Below are positions 1 to 12,700 of a stretch of DNA of 64,000 nt, piece after piece. The position numbers and the translations under genes were made by a program. The notes under the pieces are model-generated. The model had not been told where the DNA came from. It did no database searches and saw only the letters and a list, made by a program, of their open reading frames with translations. Where the stretch lies: NCBI GenBank assembly GCA_002269645.1, contig NIVC01000889.1, positions 248,001 to 312,000 of the forward strand. The letters are read 5' to 3'. The stretch's first letter is position 1, and the number at the start of each line of letters is the position of its first letter. Source of the DNA: Macrostomum lignano (taxonomy: Eukaryota).

Positions 1-65
1 ACAGACAGACAGACAGACAGACACAGACAGACAGACAGACAGACGGACGGACAGACAGACAGACA

Positions 66-98
<33 letters not shown>

Positions 99-103
99 AC
101 GAA
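1..103. repeat. (CAGA)n/(CAGG)n tetranucleotide microsatellite
   Basis: Direct reading: acagacagac... changing to gcaggcaggc; runs off the window start. Confidence 0.97.
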
Positions 104-736
104 CAGATTCTAAAGAAACTGGAAGCGTAAACAAGTGCAGGAATACGCTCGTAATTATTGCTACTAACCTGTCACCCAATGCTGCTGCTGCATTTGTCAA
201 TGTATATTTAATCATAAAGAATAGACGAGCAAACCAAAAAGCGCATGGTGATTAACATTGTACGAGTCTAGTGAAAATTTGCTCTAAGATATAAGCAATG
301 GCTAAACAGCATTGTATAGACAGGCCAAGCAGCTGTGGCTGCGGGCTTTAAAAAGAAACTTCAAATTTCAGAGATAAAACGCGTTCAGAAGAACTCCAGC
401 AGCTTCAGCCGTTGCAACGCGGCGTTGCGAAAAAAAGTCAATGGAGCAGTTTTAGAAAGAGTTTTATTTATTAAGAACTAAGAGAAGGTTAAATTGTGCA
501 TATATCGTATTGTTAGCATCAACTCAGGAGGTACCGACGTTGGCTGCACGAAAAACACCTCTAGATGACTGGAGCAAAGTCCATATGGTCCCGAATCCCA
601 GCGTACGAATCCCTATCAACAGTGGATTCAATATAAGATGTATAAAAAGCAGCAAAAATATTGAAGTATAACTGCAATAACAAGTGCGTCTGTCTACGTT
701 TGCAGCAATTCAGTTCGGTTCAGTAAAGCAGCTTCA

Positions 737-3700
737 CTATTCGACATTTCTGGCAAAGTGGAACCAGCAATTCGAGCCGTCGTAGGCGCCGAGCTCTTGA
801 GTGACCTTGGCCAGCCTCTCGTGCTCCTTCTCAAGCCAGTCGATCTCCTGCATGACGCTATCCTGCTCCAGCTGGTAGCGACTCACCAGTTCCGAGACCT
901 GGCGGAGCTGCTCACTCTCCGTGACGCCGCCGCCGCCGCTGCCGCTGCCGCCACCGCTCGTGGCGTTGCGCAAAAGCGCCTCAATGCTGGCGTTCAGGGC
1001 GTCCGCTTGTGCGTCAAAGTCGCCATTTTCTGTCGTGGCATCATTGGTTTGGGATTTATTATTAGGGATTCAAGTTTGGAAAATTCAACCGGAAAATAAA
1101 CAAGAGAATGAGACCTGCGGGTCAAAGTTTTAGTCATCCTAGCAACACGCAAAAGACATTAACTAACAGAACGCTCATAATTAATAATTTATAAAAGCTG
1201 CCCCAATCGGGCCAGATGTGCAACCGACAGCTCAGCCGCAGCTATTGCGCGGCGCATCTGAAGGCTGCGTACGGCTGTTCAGTCCAAGGACTGGGGGTCG
1301 CCACACACACCCTCAATTACCTCAGCTAATGCTGGCACCCATTTTACAGCTGGGTGAACTGAAGCAATGCAGAGTTAAGTGTCTTGCTCAAGGACACAAA
1401 TTATTCCGAGTGGGTTAAGAATCGACCTTTCATTCGTGAGTCAAACGCTCAAACCACTAGGCAAAGCCCAGAATGCACCACCAGAAAAAACCTTCCCGAT
1501 AAGATACCAATGGAAAATCTTGTAATATAACAGTAGAAGTTCGACAGCAATAGGACACTCACTGGAAATGTTCACCAATGCTTCGATGTCTTTAGCCAGA
1601 TCGGCGGCACTCCTCTGTAGTAAGCTGGCATTGACTTTCGCTTCGCTAGACAGTTTTGACAGTTGGCCCAGCTTCAAGTCCGTCTCAGCCTGCCTGTCGA
1701 GAATCTGACCCAGCCTGGTCTCCATGTTGTCTAGGGAGTCGGCCACCGACCTCACTTGCTGATAGGCCGACATCGCATCCGACAAATTGGCATTCGAATC
1801 TCTTAGCAGGCTTTCCGAGCGCTAAATTTTTTAAACCATAGTAAGGTTAACAATGTTAGTAATAATTTCGGTGAAAACCATTGGTGACATCGTCCCACAA
1901 ACAGCGCTGATGCAATGCTTCCCATTTCACTGACTCATATTACATGTACGTTACAGAGTGAAATACTAAATACTACTCTGCACATTTGCAATAGAAAATT
2001 AATGATCCCAACGAGGAATTAATTCGTTTGTTCCGGTTGAATGATCCAATTATGACGGCCTACAGACACAGATGTGATCTATCGCAGACACGGATGTAAC
2101 TGATCACAGACACGGATGTGATGGATCACAGACACGGATGTAACTGATCACAGAAACGGATGTAACTGATCACAGACACGGATGTAACTGATCACAGACA
2201 CGTATGTGACGGATCACAGACACGGATGTGACGGATAACAGACACGGATGTGACGGATCACAGACACGGATGTGATGGATCACAGACACAGATGTGACGG
2301 ATCAAGGACACGAATTTGACAGGCAATCGACCTTAGTGTATCATAACGCATCTCAACTAGAATTGGCAAGCAATTTGGAACTCAAACCTTTGCTTACATT
2401 ATACAGAGTAGACGCCAGCTGCTTCGTGTCGTTAGCTTGGCCAGCAGCCTCTGTCGCGGCCGCGAAGTGATCGTCATGCAGTCGCTGAGCTTCCTGCAGA
2501 GTCGAGTTTGCCGACATGGTAACGTTTCTAACTTTGGCCAGCTCCTCAATTTTCAACAGAGCGTCAGTTCGGCTTGCTTCGATGCTGTCCTTGTAGTTAT
2601 TCAGCTTTTTTAGCAGCTCGTGTGCGCTGGCATTGTAGCTCAGAGAGCGGTTGAGCAGCTCCTGAAATTTTTCGCGATTGATTGCACAATTTAGAATCTT
2701 GATTTTTTTAGACAACAGTCTGCCTTCAATTGAAAGAAATTATTGTTACCAGAGTTAGTAAGTAATGCTTCATTTTGAGTAGGCAGTGATAAAGGGGAAA
2801 TTAGATGATTTGATAATGAGACAGGAAGAAACGGTCCTCGAACCTGAACTTCCGCCTTCTGTCGCAGCAGGTCCCTATAGAATTGATTCGTCCTGGCCTG
2901 AGTGTCGTTCTGGGTTCTAAAATCTGTCTCGGCCCCGTTCACTACTCGGGTGAGATTGGCCTGGGCGCCTCGGATGCGGTCGGAAACGTCGGCGTGTTTG
3001 CGTTTCACCTGCTCGTTGAGCTTGGACAGATCGTCGAGAGAATTGTTGAGCTTCTTCAGCTGGGTGGAGTCGGGCTGGGGCAGCTGGCTCAGCAGCTGGT
3101 GGTACCTGCGAGATTTCATGGTTTTACGCTATTTTACACAGATGCTCAGTTTGTCAGAACCGACAGAGCGGTAACGCGTGGGGGCTAAACCTCATGAGTG
3201 TCAATCGCGAAGCCACCGGTAATACGAGCGTATGATTTTCGTGTCAAATAATACATCGCCCTAAGGACGGAAAAGCCATACCTGGCCGTAAAGTTTGTCG
3301 CTCTTTCTCTTGCCGCCTCCACGGCAGCCTCCGCCCGGTTGGCCAATTCTAGCAGCGCGTCAGCCTCTCGGCCAGCCTGGCCAAGCCGCTGCTCAGCCGC
3401 GGCCACCTGTTCGGGAGCGTCGGCCAGCTCTCTCATGAGAGTCCGCGACTCTTCAAGTCGTTGGGTAGCTAATCGGCGAAGCTCGTCCGCTTGGCGTTCC
3501 AGCTCGTTTGATGCGGAGTCAACACTTTTCAAACGCTTCTGTCCGTGTGGTTAACGCGTAGAATTGGATTAGATTAGGAAAAAAGGATTGAGGGACTGAC
3601 CATAAAACTGATAGGCCCACCTCGCGCCGCACGGTTAGGAAAGAGGGGGTTGAAGGACTGGCCATAAAACTGATAGACCCACCTCACGCCGCACGGTTAA

Positions 3701-6700
3701 GAAAGAGGGGTTGAAGGACTGACAATAAAACTGATAGACCCAACCTCACGCCGCACGGTTAGGAAAGAGGGGGTTGAAGGACTGACCATAAAACTGATAG
3801 ACCCACCTCACGCTGCACGGTTAGGAAAGAGGGGGTTGAAGGACTGACCATAAAACTGATAGACCCACCTCACGCCGCACGGTTAGGGAAGAGGGGTTGA
3901 AGGATTGACCATGAAACTGATAGACCCTCACGCCGCACGGTTAGGAAAGAGGGGTTGAAGGATTGACCATGAAACTGATAGACCCTCACGCCGCACGGTT
4001 AGGGAAGAGGGGTTGAAGGATTGACCATGAAACTGATAGACCCTCACGCCGCACGGTTAGGAAAGAGGGGTTGAAGGATTGACCATGAAACTGATAGACC
4101 CTCACGCCGCACGGTTAGGAAAGAGAGGGTTGAGGGACTGATGGTTATCACCGCCACACAAAGAAGCAATGACAAAGTGCTATTTGTATATAACTCACCA
4201 ACAAGTCGGTGTTGGTCTTGTTTACATCCCCGGCCAGGCCAAGATAGTCTTGCAGCAGAGCCTGCGCCTGCTCCAGTGTCACATTTATTGGTCGAAGCTT
4301 GGCATCGATTTCCTGACTAAGCTGTTGCAGCTCTCGTTTGATAGCTGGCAGGCGACTTGAAAAAAATGTCTGCGCCTGGTTCAAGTCCGTATCCGCCTTG
4401 GCTAGATTGTTGCTGGCCTCGTCCAGCATCCGGCTCAGATTCTGCATCAGGCGCTGGTTTGTCTGGCTCAGCTACAGTGTAGATTGTAGATTGTGTGATA
4501 ATGGAGACTTAGTTTTTGTACAAGTAAGCAGATATGAGGGCCCAGAAGAGTATCCGTTTAACAATGATCACTCACACCAGGTCCGAGAAGGGTCTCTAGA
4601 TATCGCACAAGCCGGGTCGCCCTGTCCCTGGCCCTCTCCAGCTTGCCTCGGACATCGCCAACAGCGCTGATGTTCGGAGTCTGGTCGAACAGAGTTTCAA
4701 TGATGGCCAACTCGGAGCGAAGATCGTTGACCAGCTGTTGAACAACGCCGTAGCAGTCCGGGCACTCCGGGCAGCCGCGTGCGACGTCGAACCGGTTTTC
4801 AGCGCAGCGATCGCACTTGGCGCCAACAATGTGCTGCTTGCAGCTGCACTGCCCGCTGGCGTCGCAGATGGCCTGTAACAGGATGAGCAAGTAAGTGGGT
4901 AGGTATTTAGGTAGGTAGGTAGGCGGTTAAGTAGGTGAGCAGAAAGGTAGCAACGGTAATAGTGTAGTAGCAGTAATGTGCGAGTTGTAGTATTGTAGTA
5001 ATAAACAATAAGTAATCATAGTAGTAATCATAAAAAGTGATATTAATACATGCATAAATAGCACAGTAGTGTGATGAGTAGAGCCAGCAGCAGTACATAC
5101 CTGAGCGGGGTCCCGGATGCCCAGCGGGTTGCACTGGCAGGGTGTGCAGCCGCGCTCGGTGAAGTTAAAGAAGCCGGGCAGGCAGGAGTCGCACTTCAGC
5201 CCGCCCACTCCGGACAGGCAGCTGCAGGCGCCGGTGTCGGCGTGGCAGGTGGCGGAGCCGCCGGTGCCGGTGTAGTTGCAGGCGCAGGACTCGCAGCCTG
5301 TCCCGCTGCTGATGTTGAAGAAGCCCTGCTGGCAGGTGTCGCACCGGCGTCCGTCCACATTTGGCAGACACTGGCACTCGCCGCTGACCGGGTTGCAGGT
5401 GGCTGTCAGGTTTGTGCCGGCCGGATGGCAGCCGCAGGAACGGCACTTGACTCCGCTGGTGGCCAATGCGTTGCCATAGTAACCATTTTTGCAGCGCTCG
5501 CACTTGTCACCGCCGGTCTCGTGGATACATTTCGTGCACACGCCCGTGTCTGGGTGACACACCTGGGTGAGAAAGGAGTGGGATGAATACAGATGATGAG
5601 GAGAATGGGGATCAATACAGGTGATGAGGAGAATGGGGATCAATGTAGGTGATGAGGAGAATGGGGATCAATACAGGTGATGAGGAGAATGGGGATCAAT
5701 ACAGGTGATGAGGAGAATGGGGATCAATACAGGTGATGAGGAGAATGGGGATCAATACAGGTGATGAGGAGAATGGGGATCAATACAGGTGATGAGGAGA
5801 ATGGGGATCAATACAGATGATGAGGAGAATGGGGATCAATACAGATGATGAGGAGAATGGGGATCAATACAGGCGATGAGGAGAATGGGGATCAATACAG
5901 GTGATGAGGAGAATGGGGATCAATACAGGTGATGAGGAGAATGGGGATAGCTACAGATGGGAATAAATAGTCAAATCCCCGTTCACTCGAAATCCCAAAT
6001 CCACATTCGCACCTGCAGATCGTTGGGATCAGTATTGCCGTTGCACTCGCACCTGCGGCAGTTGGGCGGCCTGCCGTAATAATTCAACGCGCAGGTGTCG
6101 CATCGAATTCCCGACAGGCCCTCCGGGCAGCGGGTGCAGATCACCTGGCCTCTACGCAGATCCTGAGCGCAGGTGGAGTTGCCGGGGCACGGGCAGGGCT
6201 TGCAAGCGTCTGGAACGCCGCTAGACGCGTTGCCATAGTAACCATCGGCGCACTGGTCGCATTTGAAGCCGACGGTGTTGTGATCGCAGATCCGGAGCTC
6301 CTTGGGGTCGAGGCCGCGGCCCTCTACTCGGCCGCACTCGCCTGTGGCGAGAGGGATATGGCAGGAATCATGGTAACTAATTTTGAGCTGGTCCCATCTC
6401 TTCAGTCAGATCCAGGCAATTGAGATTCCCGTCTGTACATACGGCTCGTAGTCCCATCTCCCACAATGCTATCCCATTCCGTAGTCCATATCTCATCTCC
6501 CAATTCATAGGTCCCAGCTCTAGCCCCATCTACCAATCGAGAGATCCCATCTCGAGCCCCACTTCCCAATCAAAAGATCCCATCTCGAGCCCCACTTCCC
6601 AATCAAAAGATCCCAGCTCTAGCCCCACTTCCCAATCAAAAGATCCCATCTCTAGTCCCACTTCCCAATCAAAAGATCCCATCTCGAGCCCCACTTCCCA

Positions 6701-9700
6701 ATCAAAATATTCCATCTCAAGCCCCACTTCCCAATCAAAAGATTCCATCTCAAGCCCCACTTCCCAATCAAAAGATCCCATCTCGAGTCCCACTTCCCAA
6801 TCAAAAGATCCCATCTCTAGTCCCACTTCCCAATCAAAAGATCCCATCTCTAGTCCCACTTCCCAATCAAAAGATCCCATCTCTAGTCCCACTTCCCAAT
6901 CAAAGAATCCCATCTCAAGCCCCACTTCCCAATCAAAAGATCCCATCTCGAGCCCCACTTCCCAATCAAAATATCCCATCTCTAGTCCCACTTCCCAATC
7001 AAAAGATCCCATCTCTAGTCCCACTTCCCAATCAAAAGATCCCTTCTCTAGTCCCACTTCCCAATCAAAAGATCCCATCTCTAGTCCCACTTCCCAATCA
7101 AAGAATCCCATCTCTAGTCCCACTTCCCAATCAAAGGATCCCATCTCGAGTCCCACTTCCCAATCAAAGAATCCCATCTCGAGTCCCACTTCCCAATCAA
7201 AGGATCCCATCTCTAGTCCCACTTCCCAATCAAAGGATCCCATCTCTAGCTCACCAGTCTCGCTGTTGCACGTGGCCGAATGATTGAAGCAATCGCAGGG
7301 CACGCAGGCCCCGTAGGGTCCGGCGTTCGGCACCGACCTCCGGTAGCCGTCCTTGCAGCGCTGGCACATGGGCCCCGTGTGACCCTCCGGACAGTCGCAT
7401 TTGTGCATCGTGATGGCGTCTGGAGCGCCTGCCGCTGCGGCAGTCCTGGGCACCGTGCCCTCCAGTGTGATGCTGTGCAGGCTGGCAAATACTACAGGGT
7501 GGTTGGTGGGGGTTGCTCTCCCTGTACCCTTCGCGATCTCTGTGACATCTTTGTCCCTCTCTGATCTCCGCCTGTCTCTCTGATCTCTCCGCCTTTCTCT
7601 CTGATCTCTCTGTCTGTCTCTCTGATCTCTCCGCCTGTCTCTCTGATTCTCTCCGCCTGTCTCTCTGATCTCTCTGTCTGTCTCTCTGATCTCTCGGTCT
7701 GTCTCTCTGATCTCTCTGTCTGTCTCTCTGATCTCTCTATCTGTCTCTCTGATTCTCTCTGTCTGTCTCTGATCTCTCTGTCTGTCTCTCTGATTCTCTC
7801 TGTCTGTCTCTCTGATCTCTCTGTCTGTCTCTCTGATTCTCTCCGCCTGTCTCTCTGATCTCTCTGTCTGTCTCTCTGATCTCTCTATCTGTCTCTCTGA
7901 TTCTCTCCGCCTGTCTCTCTGATTCTCTCCGCCTGTCTCTCTGATCTCTCTGTCTGTCTCTCTGATCTCTCTGTCTGTCTCTCTGATCTCTCGGTCTGTC
8001 TCTCTGATCTCTCTGTCTGTCTCTCTGATCTCTCTGTCTGTCTCTCTGATCTCTCCGCTTGCCTCTCTGATCTCTCTGTCTGTCTCTCTAATCTCTCGGT
8101 CTGTCTCTCTGATCTCTCTATCTGTCTCTCTGATCTCTCTGTCTGTCTCTCTGATCTCTCTGTCTGTCTCTCTGATCTCTCCGCTTGTCTCTCTGCTCCC
8201 TCGGCCTGTCTCTCTGATCTCTCTATCTGTCTCTGAAGCAATAAAGTCATAAATTAGTTTTCGACAGTAAAACCGCCACTTGCTACTTAAACAACTAAGT
8301 AGAGTGTACCGCGCACTGAATTGGACAATAAATATTTTCCTCTCTCCAATTCTTCTCACTTAATCCACCGCTATTGGCGCCGCGAAAGTTGGCCCGAACT
8401 CGAATCTGGGTCAGGCCGGCCAGCACGTTGCGGAAAAGTTCGCGCGAGTCGCTCAGCCGATGCCATACGGAGCTGGCGGGGTCGTGCGCGAGGCGGAAGG
8501 CCAGGCTGAACCGGCCCTGCCTCGGCTTGTCGGGGCCTTGCGACGAGTCAAACGAGGCGGAGAACACCAGCCCGCGAGACTCCAGCTCGACGTCCTTAAG
8601 ACCGGACCGGCTGTCCGGTGTGGGGTCCTCGGGCAGGGACATCAACAGCCGCAGCTGCCGGTTGTAAGAGCCGGACTGATCGCCCAGCATTGAGGGCGGC
8701 AGGGTGAAGTACAGGGTGTTGTAGGGCGGCTCCAGACCCACCTGCGGGTTTGAGGGGTGACGCTTAGTATTGGCGAAGTGATGGCAAACATCGGTTAAGC
8801 TAAAATACACTGTCACTCTAACACTGTCACTTCAGCAACGTCACTCCAACACCGTCACTCCAACACCGTCACTCCAACACTGTCACTCCAGCGCCATCAC
8901 TCCAATACTGTCACTCCAACACTGTCACTCCAACACCATCACTCCAATACTGTCACTCCAACACTGTCACTCCAACACCGTCACTCCAACACCGTCACTC
9001 CAACACTGTCACTCCAGCACCGTCACTCCAACACTACATTAATCGGTTAAGCTAAAATACACTGTCACTCTAACACTGTCACTTCAGCAACGTCACTCCA
9101 ACACCGTCACTCCAACACCGTCACTCCAACACTGTCACTCCAGCGCCATCACTCCAATACTGTCACTCCAACACTGTCACTCCAGCACTATCACTCCAAT
9201 ACTGTCACTCCAACACTGTCACTCCAACACCATCACTCCAGCACTGTCACTCCAACACTGTCACTCCAACACCGTCACTCCAACACTGTCACTCCAACAC
9301 CGTCACTCCAACACCGTCACTCCAACACTGTCACTCCAGCACTGTCACTCCAACACCGTCACTCCAGCACTGTCAATCCAACACCGTCACTTCAGAACTA
9401 TCACTCCAATACTGTCACTCTAACACTGTCACTCCAACACCATCACTCCAGCACTGTCACTCCAACACCGTCACTCCAACACTGTCACTCCAACACTGTC
9501 ACTCCAACACTGTCACTCCAATACTGTCACTCTAATACTGTCACTCCAGCACTGTCACTCCAACACTGTCACTCCAGCACTGTCACTCTAACACCGTCAC
9601 TCCAACACTGTCACCCCACACGGGCACCCACCAAAGCAGCTGCAATGCGTCTCTCGGGGTACATCTCCACCGCGTCAGCCGCCGAGACGTTCTGCTCCTC

Positions 9701-12700
9701 CTCCACAGTCAGGCCATCTATTCTACGTCGAACGAAGCCGACGCCCCAGGGCCGTTTCGTCTCGTCGGTAAAGTTCTCGACGGTGTCCTGGAGCGACATG
9801 GCCGGGTGTAACTGGCAGCTGGTGCTGTGCCCGTAGCAGAAGCACTGCTGGCAGCCGTCTGGATCGGTGGCGCTCAGGCCGAAGAAGAACGACCGGCACT
9901 CGTTGCACAGACGGCCGACGGCGTTCGGCTTGCATCGACATTCGCCAGTTATGGGATTGCACTCGCCCGTGTTGTTCACCGTGCCTTCGGTCGCGCAGCC
10001 GCAAGGTCTTGAAAGAATGACGGTGTTGGAGTGACAGTGTTGGAATGACTTTGCTGGAGTGACAGTGTTGGAGTGACAGTGCTGGAGTGACAGTATTAGA
10101 GTGACAGTATTGGAGTGACAGTGTTGGAGTGACAGTGCTGGAGTGACAGTGTTGGAGTGACAGTGTTGGAGTGACGGTGTTGGAGTGACGGTGTTGGAGT
10201 GACGTTGCTGAAGTGAAGGTGTTGGAGTGACAGTGCTAAAGTTGACAGTGTAACAGTGTCAGGGTGACGGTGTTTGGTGACTGTTAGAGTGACTGTGTTG
10301 GAGTGACACTGTTGGAGTGACACTGTTGGAGTGACTGGGTTGAAGTGACAGTGTTAGAGTGACTGTGTTATAGTGACTGTGTTGAAGTGACAGTGTTGGA
10401 GTGATAGTTTTGGAGTGACTGTGTTGGAGTGACTTTGTTGGAGTGACTGTGTTGGAGTGACTTTGATGGAGTGATTGTGTTGAAGTGACGATGTTGGAGT
10501 GACAGTATGGGAGTGACAGTATGGTAGTGACACTGTTAGAGTGACAGTGTTAGAGTGAAGGTGTTGGAGTAACGGTGAGTACTGGGACAGTTTCAGATAG
10601 TGTGAGTTGACAGTGGGATATTCAAGAGTGTTGTCTTGAAATTTTCGCTGTGGATTTCGCAACTAGCGTAGTCGAAGCGTAAAGTGAAATTTTGCCTAAG
10701 CACTTCAACAGTCGAGAGTGCCTCAAATTGGAAATCTCGATGCGCAATTCTCGTCAAATTTTCTCCTAAGCCCCGTTCACTGGGATACTGGCGATAAATA
10801 CTGTCCCAGTTTAGCTACCAACATTGCACCAGCTTGTACCGCAGTGCCGATGGTTAGGGATGGGGGGTAAGGGACACCTACACTTCAGCAGCCTCATTCA
10901 TTCTTCCTCTTCTTCATGACTTGGGGGCCTTGGCATGGCAAATTCACCATGGCAATGACTGAACCGCCGTCCACCGCTAGCCCAGCCCCTTCGTCTGTGC
11001 GCTCCCCGTGTGGTACCGATCGATAAACGTTGGACCAGGCTGATGTGCGACCAGGGTGGGCTGGGTTCCATTGCGCAAAGAAGACAGGAGGATTCACCCA
11101 TCCCTCATTCCCTCTCTCTCTCCTCTCTTTCTCCTCCCTAACCAACCCAGTTCTTCCCCATCCCATTCGAATTCGATAGCAGAAAGGTTTCAAGCAATGC
11201 GCCGAATTTGGGACAAAGAACCCCAACGCAACATTGCAATTTCAGGCCACATTTTATATCGACATATTGGAAAGCGCTAATGAAATTGTTTAGTAGGAGG
11301 TTTAAAATACAAAAACAATTACACTTATTCTACTGAAAAAGAGTTCGAGCAAACATTTACATGTCAGATATTCCATATCTGTTTCCTGTGTTAGCCTGGA
11401 GTCATGCGGCCTTTTTATTTCTTTGCGTGAGCAAAGATCTGCCGTCAATGCTTCAGTCGTGCCTAGAAGCCCATAGTTTGTTAAGGTTTTCGTTATCTAA
11501 AAGACTGCTCAGCCCTGATAGGTGAGGCAGCACCGAATAGCTTGTAAGAAGAACCAAATTGAAGAGGCCGGTTGAGCACCAGAGAAACAGTGGCGGGGAG
11601 GTCAGGCCAGTGACAGAAAAGCAGGCAAGGGTCAGACTCTATCTATTAGCTAACTAACTTTCAGCTACTCAATGGACTGATTGCAGCTATTCAAATGCTC
11701 GGTGCAAAAGCACTAACTTAGAGGCTAGTATAAATCTGGATAGATTTAAGGCATCAGAGAGTAATCTGCTCTGAAGGGTTTGATACTTTTAATCACCAGT
11801 AAATTAAGGTGTTCAGAATGATCATAGGGTTTTCAACATTCGGGCGCAACACACCTTTTGGCGGCATCGTCCCACCGCCAGCGCTTCTGAGGCAACTCTG
11901 CCTATTCCGCTGACTTCTAAGCACATACATGTACAAGCACGCCAATACTGCAGTACGCAGGCACGCACTCGTACACACGCTCACACTGGGTGTACAGCCA
12001 GCCCTGACTTTCTGATCGTCAGACATGTACACTTTCTGTGCTTTGGGAGCTGGCCATCATGGGTGTGAATCACACGACACTGTTCAAACGGACTGACTAT
12101 GAATGAAAATCGAGAAAGCAGTCGAACTTACTTGCATCCGCTAGCCGTCAGATTGTAGTAACCCGTCAGGCACCTGTCGCACTTGTCCCCAGTGACTCCT
12201 GGCTGACAGACGCACCGTCCCTGATCGTCGCACTGGCCGTGCTGCGACCCCACAGGATGGCAGTTGCAGGCGACGCAGCCGCTGGCGCCGGGCGTTGGTC
12301 GCCTGTGATTCGGCAGGCAGCGTTCGCAGTGCGGACCTTCGGTATTGTCGCGACAATTGACGCATCGTCCGCCGCTGACGTTGCCGCTGGCGTAGTACAG
12401 GTCCCAGTCGAACTGGCACTGCTCGCTGTTGCCGGAGCAGTTACACGGCCGGCACTCCCACGCGTTCTCCTGTGTGGCGGCGCGCCAAGGCCTGTCGTTA
12501 TAGTCTTTTCGGCATTTCTCGCACTGGATGCCTTCGGTGTTGTGCTGACAGGAGCAGGAGCGCTCCTGAGTGGTTGGATTGGTGTTGCAGACTGCCGCGT
12601 GACCGTTGCACTGGCACCGGCCGCCCACAGTGATGTCCGTGATGGCGTAGAAGTACTTGTAAAGCACGTCGGCGCTGAACGTGTCGCCGTGGGTGTTGAG

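Noticed and set aside
6420-8359. 609-aa and 287-aa ORFs with REIRETD, EMGSFDWEVGL and SSPTSQSKDPI repeats
   Set aside because: Read-through of 21-bp and 33-bp intronic minisatellites; only the central laminin exon 7491-7255 is real coding sequence.
10581-10810. 231-bp segment bounded by an 11-bp inverted repeat (ACTGGGACAGT)
   Set aside because: Possible MITE, but no matching TSD and no second copy in the window.
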